A stretch of DNA of 64,000 nt from Phycisphaerae bacterium (GTDB lineage: Bacteria > Planctomycetota > Phycisphaerae > SM23-33), in assembly GCA_039683615.1 (NCBI GenBank), contig JBDKRA010000022.1, forward strand, positions 197,146-261,145, written 5' to 3'. This document shows, piece by piece, positions 54,789-61,967 of this stretch. Within the stretch, counting starts at the first letter, position 1; each line of letters begins with the position of its first letter. Made by a program: the position numbers and the translations under genes. The notes under the pieces are model-generated. The model was not told the DNA's origin. It did not search any database and saw only the letters and a list, made by a program, of their open reading frames with translations.

Positions 54789-54793
54789 AGCGA

Positions 54794-55651
54794 TCAGTCA
54801 GTTACGAACATACACTCAGCGGGGGCGCTGAACAAGAACGCCAGGTCATCTATCGCCGGGCGGCTGACCACGTCGCTTTCCCACCGGATCGACACGATGG
54901 TCTGTCGCGGCGGGGCGGCAAAGTAGAAGAATACATCATCCTTGCCAAACCCTCCGGCGATGGTCTCAGTCTGGCTCTGGCTGTGCCCGCCACTGAAGTA
55001 GACGGTGATGGTCATCACCTGTTGCTGCGCGGCAGAGAGGGCTGTGACTCCGATCTGGCGGATCTGGCAGCCGCTGAAGTTGAGTTTGCCGATCTTGTCG
55101 TTCTCAAGCCCCGTTCCACTGGTCAGAAACGCGCCGCAGGTCCCGGGCTTTCCATTGTTCTTGATCAGCGGCCCGGAGATCGGCTCAGGCCCGAGCCGGT
55201 TGCCCTGCCAGATGTCCAGCAGCGAATAGACGTGCTGTCCCCTGGCGCCTTTCATGACGGTAGAGTCGGCGCTGAGGTCCAGCGACGAGTTCGCGGCGGC
55301 CCCGAAGTAGACGCTCATCGTGCCGGAGGGATAGTTGCCCGAACGGCCGCTGCTGCCGTCGGGGTCAATGCCAGGCTCGGCCTTGTCGAACGTGATGACG
55401 CCGCCGGTGTTGTTCTGGAAGGCCGCTGCAACATCCATCTTGAACTGTGCCAGTGTCTTGGTGTTGCCGGCCGCCTCGCGGTCCACGGCGTTGCTCTGGC
55501 CGTCATTGTCATAGACTGCGGAGGTGAACAGGGCGCCGATGCCTTGGGCCCAGGCGAATGGCGCCATGAACAACACCATTGCCAGCCACAGCGCCAAGAG
55601 CTTTCGGGGCGTGATGGTCCGCCTCGGTCGCGATAGTGTCGGCCATTTCAT
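54794..55651 (-). CDS. Secreted hypothetical protein, 285 aa
   Basis: Signal peptide LLALWLAMVLFMAPFAWAQ. It sits 6 nt upstream of the ABC exporter on the same strand. Confidence 0.5.
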   Translation of the reverse strand: MKWPTLSRPRRTITPRKLLALWLAMVLFMAPFAWAQGIGALFTSAVYDNDGQSNAVDREAAGNTKTLAQFKMDVAAAFQNNTGGVITFDKAEPGIDPDGSSGRSGNYPSGTMSVYFGAAANSSLDLSADSTVMKGARGQHVYSLLDIWQGNRLGPEPISGPLIKNNGKPGTCGAFLTSGTGLENDKIGKLNFSGCQIRQIGVTALSAAQQQVMTITVYFSGGHSQSQTETIAGGFGKDDVFFYFAAPPRQTIVSIRWESDVVSRPAIDDLAFLFSAPAECMFVTD

Positions 55652-55666
55652 AGGAACTACTTTCGG

Positions 55667-58600
55667 CTACTGCCTGGCGGCGAAAAGGCGCACGCCGTTG
55701 ATATCCGTCACGACAATCGCACGATCCAGAATCTCTGCCTGGGTGTCATATCCTGACAGCCCGCCGGTCGAGTACAAAACTCCATCGAGCGTCTGCCGCC
55801 CGACATGCTGCCTGCTTCGACAGTCGAAGAAGTCGACGTACACCCGCGATTGCTCGGGGCGGTAGGACGGTCGCGGGCTGCCGGGGGCGTGGCCTTGCCA
55901 GCCGGTGACGCCGGAGATGACGATCAACCGCTCGCCGGCGATCTTGTGGGCCAAAATCTCGTGCACGCCCGGAGCATCGGGCTTGGGAAGTTGGTACGAT
56001 CCTGCCGCCCCGCGCGGCCCGATCCGCGCCGCGGGATCCACCCCGGCATAGACCAAAGCGTCGCCGGAGAACCAGATGTGGTCCGTCGCCGGCGGCGTGA
56101 AAGGCTCGATCCTGATGATGGCGCCGGTGGCCATGTCCAGTTCGCTGCGCCCAGCCTGCCAGCCGCCGTCAAACAGCGTCGCCAGGACAACGCCCAGCGA
56201 TGCCGCGCCGCCGTCCTTGCGCAGCAATTCGATGCGAGAGACGCCGCCGCGGAACCGCGCCGGCTCGGCTAGCCGGCGCGTCCACAGCAATTTGCCCGCC
56301 GCGGGAGCAATCGCCGCCACGTGCCCGGCACCGTATCTGCCCGGCGCCGCCAGCACGGCTTTGTCGCTGCCGCCGACGGCGAAGGGCACGAAGGGAAGCT
56401 CCAGCGTCCATTCCTGGGCGCCGCCGGCCAGTCCAAAAGCCGTCAGCCGCCGCTCGGTGCTGAAGAAGATGCGGCCGCCGACGATGTTCGTGCTCAGCGG
56501 GCGCAGCGGGAGCGTCCGCTGCCAGGCGATTTTGAACTGTGGCTCGGCTACCACGTGCAGCGCCCGGTTGTCCGAGACGATCAAGAACCCGTTGCCGGCT
56601 CCGGAGCGGGCGCGGTCGACCACCACGGTCGCACGCTGGCAGTCGATGCGGCCTGCCTGAACCAGCGGCAGCGCCAGCGGCGCGGTGATGGCCGCGGCGA
56701 CGAGCGGCTTGTCCGACAGTTGCGGCAAGGTCATTGCGACCAGCGTGCCGTCAGCGAGAAACGCGTACTCCGCATTGTCGGCCGCGTCCAGGGGTTTTTC
56801 TTCCAGCGTCTTGCCACTGCCGGCCGCAAGCAGATGAAGAGTGCGGTTTGACAGAACGACGACATTTGAACCAACCATGGCGCCTTTCAAAGCTGCGCCT
56901 TCGGCAAAGCGGCGAAACCAGAGGCCTTTTCCGGTGGCGGCATCGAGGGCGGCCAGCCACTGGCCGCTCATGGTGATCAGGGCATTGCCGCTGGCTCCGA
57001 GCAGGCGGTCGGAGGGAACCATGCTGGCCCTCCAGAGTAGTTCACCCGTGTCGGCCGAGAGGGCCATCACGCCGCTGCTGTCGCGCGGCGCGACGAAGAG
57101 ACGGGTTCCCGCCACCAGCGGCGAGCTGCCTTCGCGGCTGTAAACCAGTGCGTCGGCCGAGGACAGGTTCCCGCTGGCGGAGGGATAGCCCCTGACCCAC
57201 GCCACGCGGCCGTCGCGTGCGTCGCAACGAGCAAGCACTCCCGCCGCCGTGCAGCAGTAGATGTCGTCTCCGTGAATCGTCACCGGCGAGCCGCCGCAGG
57301 CGAGATCCACCGCGCCTTCGGTTTGCCAAGAGATCGCACTCCTCCACACCGTGCTTCCGTCGCGCCCATCCAGGCAGACCAGGCTCCACGGGCCCGTCGA
57401 GACATCCGTGGGCAAGGCAAGAACATACACGCAGCCGTGAGACGCGGCGGGATGATTCACCGGCGCGAGCTTGCGCCATTCCTCCCGGGCGGCGGTGGAC
57501 CAGAGCGTTCTGCCCGTTCTTGTATCCACGGCCGTCACGGCGCTGCCGTCAGTGAGCAAATAGACAATGTTGCCGTCAGCCGAAACCGCTCGCGAGGGCG
57601 ACCCCGAGGTCCCAACGGGACGGCGGTTGATGGGACGCCAGGGGTGCTGCATGTATTGGGACGCCGCAACGGCGCTGCCGCCGGCGGCACTGAGCGGCCA
57701 CGATACCTGCCATCGCTGGGCGGACGTCCCGGCGTTGAAGCATGCCGCCTGTCCCGCCCCGGTGACGACGCAGGCGCCGGCGATCTTCTCGATCCTCAGG
57801 ACAGGCCAGGGCGAGTGCAGGCCGTAACTGCCGGCGGGCCCTTCGCCTTGCCGCTGCGTCAGGGGCCAATCCGGCGGCAGAGCAAGAGACACGCGAGGCA
57901 GATCGGCCAGCGCGTTGGGCGCGGCGTCAGGGCCGGGCGCCGCGGCCAGCAGCGCCGCCTTGACGGCCCTGGCCTGCGTGCGGGCGCCGCGCCAAGGGAC
58001 CTCTGCGGTGTCGGGTATTGTCGCAAGAAGCGTCTCGATCTCATGGCGGTTTCCCGCCCCCGCTCGCAGCGCCATGCACAGACCGATGCGCGCCTGAGCC
58101 GATAAAGCCTGATCTTCCGAATGCCCCATCACCTCACGGAACGCCCCAGCAGCCTCCTCGAAACGCCCCTGGTGCAGCGCGCCCTCGCCCAGGTTGGCCA
58201 GCGCCTCATGCACCGACGCGGCGTAGGGATATCGCCGTGACAAGCGGGCAAACTCCCTGCGGTCATCGCTGTCGCGCAGTGCTCGCACCATCGGCTGCGC
58301 GGCCTTGTCCTGTTCCTGGCGCAGCGGGGCGAGACCAGCCTGCTGCAGCGAGCCGAGCGTGCCTCTGGCAGCCGCCCAGTAGGAGATGTAATGACTGTCG
58401 CTCTTTCTCAGGTATGAGTCTTTCCCCGCCTCCAGCGACAGATCGAGGATATTCTGAACCTGCGCGGGATCGACTGAAGGCGACGGACCGGCCCGCTCGG
58501 GCTCCCGCTGGAACACCTCCCAGCGAATTTCCAGCTCCCGATTGCCCGGCAGTTTTGCCAGACTCCCCGGCGCCGCCGGAGGGGCCCCTTCACCCAAGTC

Positions 58601-59386
58601 GTCGGCATGCGGCGCATGCGATCGGGCCAATTCCGTCTCCCCAAAATATCGCAGAAGCGACACGATCGCCGCGTTGACTCTCGGGTCCTTGGCCGCAAGC
58701 CTCTCAAGCCGCGCTAACTCAGGCTGAAATCGGTCGTACTGCATTTCATCGCAGATACGCCGGCACAGTGCTTCGCACGCCAGCGGCACCGCGTCATGGC
58801 CAGCCGGGATCGCGCCGCGCTCTGCGAAGTCCAGCGCCTCATACAGGGCGAACGTCCACTCATGGGCCGCGGCGGCGCTGCTGCCGGCCACGCCCGCCAG
58901 TTGAAGATACGCCTGTGCGAGCAGGTCGCCGCGGGCGGGGAACTCGCGCGTGACCTTCCATGCGTAGAACGCTTCCATGTCGGGCAAGCCGATCCGCTTG
59001 CAGATTGCGGCAATGGCCAGGTAAGCCTGGGCGTGCTGATCTTTGCGGCCGGGGAAATGTTCGACCAGCCCCCTGTACAGTTCAATCTCCCGCAGCGCCG
59101 CTGCCGTGGCGGAGGTGGGCTTGGCCACAGCCGCATCTGCGCCGGCAGCGGCGCGCACAACAGGAAGATTCTCAGCAAGCGTTTCTTCCCAAGTTGGCTT
59201 CCAGCGGATGGAAATCGTAGTCCATTGCGGGGGGACGAAGTCTTGCCGCGGAGGTTTTGGGGCCGCAGCGGTGTCGGCGGCCTCTGCAGCGGCGAGGGGG
59301 CCGAGAATTGCCCAAAGTAAAGCGGCCACCGCCAAGGCTGCCGCATTGGTGCGGTATGAGAATCGGTATTTGCAGGGCATGCTCAT
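55667..59386 (-). CDS. Giant secreted protein with N-terminal TPR-like helical repeats and PQQ-type (BamB-like) beta-propeller repeats
   Basis: The start is placed at MSMPCKYRFSYRTNAAALAVAALLWAILGPLAAAEA (59386), because the track ORF runs through the tRNA gene. Propeller repeats: AVTAVDTRTGRTLWS, LVCLDGRDGSTVWRS, VMALSADTGELLWRA, LAALDAATGKGLWFR. Confidence 0.6.
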   Translation of the reverse strand: MSMPCKYRFSYRTNAAALAVAALLWAILGPLAAAEAADTAAAPKPPRQDFVPPQWTTISIRWKPTWEETLAENLPVVRAAAGADAAVAKPTSATAAALREIELYRGLVEHFPGRKDQHAQAYLAIAAICKRIGLPDMEAFYAWKVTREFPARGDLLAQAYLQLAGVAGSSAAAAHEWTFALYEALDFAERGAIPAGHDAVPLACEALCRRICDEMQYDRFQPELARLERLAAKDPRVNAAIVSLLRYFGETELARSHAPHADDLGEGAPPAAPGSLAKLPGNRELEIRWEVFQREPERAGPSPSVDPAQVQNILDLSLEAGKDSYLRKSDSHYISYWAAARGTLGSLQQAGLAPLRQEQDKAAQPMVRALRDSDDRREFARLSRRYPYAASVHEALANLGEGALHQGRFEEAAGAFREVMGHSEDQALSAQARIGLCMALRAGAGNRHEIETLLATIPDTAEVPWRGARTQARAVKAALLAAAPGPDAAPNALADLPRVSLALPPDWPLTQRQGEGPAGSYGLHSPWPVLRIEKIAGACVVTGAGQAACFNAGTSAQRWQVSWPLSAAGGSAVAASQYMQHPWRPINRRPVGTSGSPSRAVSADGNIVYLLTDGSAVTAVDTRTGRTLWSTAAREEWRKLAPVNHPAASHGCVYVLALPTDVSTGPWSLVCLDGRDGSTVWRSAISWQTEGAVDLACGGSPVTIHGDDIYCCTAAGVLARCDARDGRVAWVRGYPSASGNLSSADALVYSREGSSPLVAGTRLFVAPRDSSGVMALSADTGELLWRASMVPSDRLLGASGNALITMSGQWLAALDAATGKGLWFRRFAEGAALKGAMVGSNVVVLSNRTLHLLAAGSGKTLEEKPLDAADNAEYAFLADGTLVAMTLPQLSDKPLVAAAITAPLALPLVQAGRIDCQRATVVVDRARSGAGNGFLIVSDNRALHVVAEPQFKIAWQRTLPLRPLSTNIVGGRIFFSTERRLTAFGLAGGAQEWTLELPFVPFAVGGSDKAVLAAPGRYGAGHVAAIAPAAGKLLWTRRLAEPARFRGGVSRIELLRKDGGAASLGVVLATLFDGGWQAGRSELDMATGAIIRIEPFTPPATDHIWFSGDALVYAGVDPAARIGPRGAAGSYQLPKPDAPGVHEILAHKIAGERLIVISGVTGWQGHAPGSPRPSYRPEQSRVYVDFFDCRSRQHVGRQTLDGVLYSTGGLSGYDTQAEILDRAIVVTDINGVRLFAARQ

Positions 59387-59484
59387 CGGGTCAGTTGTGA
59401 GGGCAGCGCCTGATCCGTCAAGCAGAGCGCACTGCTGCATGATGCCGCCTGCCTGGGCGTTTGTGAAGCTTCGCTCTTTGCCAA

Positions 59485-59572
59485 CGGAGAGGGCGGGATT
59501 CGAACCCGCGGTACCCTTTTGGGGCACACAGCATTTCCAGTGCTGCACATTCGGCCGCTCTGTCACCTCTCC
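59485..59572 (-). tRNA. tRNA-Ser (anticodon GGA), type II with a long variable arm; CCA is not encoded
   Basis: The reverse complement folds into a cloverleaf: acceptor GGAGAGG/CCTCTCC, D-stem ACA/TGT, anticodon stem CAGCA/TGCTG with loop CTGGAAA, a 20-nt variable arm, and T-arm GCGGG-TTCGAAT-CCCGC. Confidence 0.9.
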
Positions 59573-59604
59573 AGGAAACGCTTATCTTACTATATTGTAA
59601 AAAA

Positions 59605-59729
59605 ACTTACCACGAATGACACGAATGAAACGAATGCCACAAATAAAGAGAGAGGCGAAGAGACGGGGAAATACAAAGCACTCCTTCTTTTCGTGCCATT
59701 CGTCTTTATTCGTGACATTCGTGGTAAGT
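59605..59729. repeat. CACGAATG-unit hairpin (family D, copy 2) downstream of rho and beside the tRNA
   Basis: cttaccacgaatgacacgaatgaaacgaatgccac is answered by gtgccattcgtctttattcgtgacattcgtggtaag, with a purine-rich loop of about 55 nt. Confidence 0.55.
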
Positions 59730-59805
59730 TGTTTTTGCAAAGGAAGACGCCCAGGGATTGGTATCCCTGGGCGTGGGGCGTGAGCGTATTTGCGTCTTGC
59801 AGCGT

Positions 59806-60975
59806 CTACCCGCGGACGTCGAGCTGGCGCAGGAAGTCGTCGTTGGTGTTAAACTTCTTCAGCGCGGTGATCAACTGGGGCATTTCCTCTTCGGCGTTGA
59901 GGTTCGAGAGGAACCGGCGGAGCATGTGCAGCTTGGGCAGCTTCCACGGTTCGACCAGCAACTCTTCCTTACGCGTGCCGGACTGCGGGATGTTGATCGC
60001 CGGCCAGACGCGTTTCTCGGCCAGCTTGCGATCCAGCGAGAGCTCCATGTTGCCGGTGCCCTTGAACTCTTCAAAGATCAGGTCGTCCATGCGGCTGCCG
60101 GTTTCGATCAGGGCGGTGGCCATGATGGTCAGGCTGCCGCCGTTCTCGATGCGCCGGGCGGCGCCGAACTGACGCTTGGGCGTCTCGAGGGCGCGGATGT
60201 CCACGCCGCCGCTCATCGTGCGGCCGGAGCCTTCGATGCCGCGGTTGTACGCCCGGCCCAGGCGGGTGAGGCTGTCGAGCAGGACGACGACGTCCTGGCC
60301 GAACTCGGCCATGCGCTTGGCGCGTTCGATGGAGAACTCGGCCACGCGGATGTGCGAGGCGACATCCTGGTCGTTATTGGAGGCGACGACTTCGGCCTTG
60401 AGGCAGTTGCGTTTGAAGTCGGTGACTTCTTCCGGGCGCTCGTCGACGAGCAGGATCATGACGTAGCACTCGGGGTTGTTGACGGTCACGGCGTTGGCGA
60501 TCTGCTGGAGCAGGATGGTCTTGCCCGAACGGGGCGGGGCGACGATCAGTCCGCGCTGGCCCTTGCCGATGGGGCAGACCAGATCGAGCACGCGCATCTC
60601 CAGCGGGCCGCCGGGATACTCGAGCTTGAGTTGCGGGTGCGGATCGACGACGACCTGCTCGCGGAAGGGCACGACGTCATTGTACTCGTCGATGGCCTTG
60701 CCGTTGATCGAGACGACTTCCTCAAGCTTGGGTCCGCCCTTGCGCTTGGTCGGCGGGGCGACGCGTCCCTCGACATACAGGCCGCTGCGCAGCCCGCCGT
60801 GACGCACGAAGTCCTTGCCGACGAACACGTCGCCGGGCGTGGGCTTATAGCCGTTCTTGGCCTGACGCAGGAAACCGTACCCCTTCTCGGTGATCTCCAG
60901 CACGCCGGCGCCGATGATGTAATCGCTGTTCTTGAGCTTGGAATCGCCGTTGCCTGTTACGGGTGCTTCATCCAT
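59806..60975 (-). CDS. rho: Transcription termination factor Rho
   Basis: CSD-like RNA-binding region GVLEITEKGYGFLR, Walker A GKGQRGLIVAPPRSGKT, and the Q- and R-loops. The start is placed at MDEAPV; the track start is 61020. Confidence 0.9.
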   Translation of the reverse strand: MDEAPVTGNGDSKLKNSDYIIGAGVLEITEKGYGFLRQAKNGYKPTPGDVFVGKDFVRHGGLRSGLYVEGRVAPPTKRKGGPKLEEVVSINGKAIDEYNDVVPFREQVVVDPHPQLKLEYPGGPLEMRVLDLVCPIGKGQRGLIVAPPRSGKTILLQQIANAVTVNNPECYVMILLVDERPEEVTDFKRNCLKAEVVASNNDQDVASHIRVAEFSIERAKRMAEFGQDVVVLLDSLTRLGRAYNRGIEGSGRTMSGGVDIRALETPKRQFGAARRIENGGSLTIMATALIETGSRMDDLIFEEFKGTGNMELSLDRKLAEKRVWPAINIPQSGTRKEELLVEPWKLPKLHMLRRFLSNLNAEEEMPQLITALKKFNTNDDFLRQLDVRG

Positions 60976-61136
60976 TATCGAAAACTCCAATATCCACTGT
61001 GTGTGATAGGCACCTGGCACGCAATCTCGGGAAATTGGCCGGGCCAGGCCTTCTTAGAACCTCTTCGCCCCTCGTCGGCGTTATGATACCGACCCCGGAA
61101 GAAAAGCAAAGCCTTTTCCGGGAATTTTTTCCAGCT

Positions 61137-61868
61137 TTATTTTCCGGCCTCCGCCGCCAAGCGGCATGCCGCCGCCAGATCCACCGCCCCTGTGTAGTAC
61201 GCCTTGCCGATGATCGCGCCGGAGCAGCCGATGGCCTTGCACTGACGTACGTCCTGGAGATTGCTGACCCCGCCCGAGGCTATTACCGGTACGTCGGTTG
61301 CCGCGATTAGTTCGGCAGTAGCCTGGAAATTCGGACCCGTCAGCATGCCGTCGCGGGCGATGTCAGTATAGATGATAGCCCCCAGCGGCCAGCCCGTCAC
61401 GCGGGCTGCCAGGTCCACCGCGGCAACCTGCGACTGCTCGCGCCAGCCGGCCACGGCCAGCTTGCCCTCGCGGGCGTCCAGACCCAGGGCCAGACGCCGG
61501 TTCAGTTCCGGTCGCGATGCCAGTTGCTCGAACCACGGCCAGTCCTTCAGCGCCGCCGAGCCGATGACCACGCGATCGGCCCCGGCCTCGATCAGCCTGG
61601 CGACGGCCGCATCGTTGCGGGCGCCGCCGCCGACCTCCAGGCGCAGGGGCACCGCGGCGCGGATGGCCGCCACGGCCGCCAGGTTTGTCAGCTCGCCGCA
61701 TCGCGCGGCGTCGAGATCGACAATATGAATCCACGTCGCCCCCGCGGCCGCAAACTCGCGAGCCACCGCCGCCGGATCGTCGCTGTAGACGGTCTGGCGG
61801 TCGTAGTCGCCCATCGCCAGGCGAACGACCTTGCCGCCCCTCAGATCAATGGCTGGAAGAATGTCCAT
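61137..61868 (-). CDS. hisA: ProFAR isomerase (1-(5-phosphoribosyl)-5-[(5-phosphoribosylamino)methylideneamino]imidazole-4-carboxamide isomerase)
   Basis: ILPAIDLRGGKVVRL, the GGG loop, and VIASGGVSNLQDV. The start is at MDILPA. Confidence 0.9.
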   Translation of the reverse strand: MDILPAIDLRGGKVVRLAMGDYDRQTVYSDDPAAVAREFAAAGATWIHIVDLDAARCGELTNLAAVAAIRAAVPLRLEVGGGARNDAAVARLIEAGADRVVIGSAALKDWPWFEQLASRPELNRRLALGLDAREGKLAVAGWREQSQVAAVDLAARVTGWPLGAIIYTDIARDGMLTGPNFQATAELIAATDVPVIASGGVSNLQDVRQCKAIGCSGAIIGKAYYTGAVDLAAACRLAAEAGK

Positions 61869-61967
61869 GGTCAGGATGGATGATAAACGTAAACGCACCT
61901 CGCATGTAAATCTTTCTCACGCGAGTCGTGTCGCATGTCGCCATGCCACCCGTTTGCTGGCTACCGG

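Noticed and set aside
51804-54926. A 1040-aa plus-strand ORF and many other long ORFs antisense to confident genes. Examples are 535-1254(-), 1770-2726(-), 5693-7654(-), 35186-36331(-), 41526-42458(-), 15259-16047(+) and 62100-63086(+).
   Set aside because: Each lies opposite a gene with strong motif support. The translations are Arg/Gly/Pro/Ala-rich low-complexity, as expected from stop-codon depletion in ~68 % GC DNA. They are GC artefacts.
59485-59572. The tRNA-Ser as the attachment site of an integrated island carrying the adjacent three-gene block.
   Set aside because: There is no integrase, no recognisable direct repeat of the tRNA 3' end at the far boundary, and no obvious compositional break visible by eye. 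It is kept only as a low-priority hypothesis in the findings.
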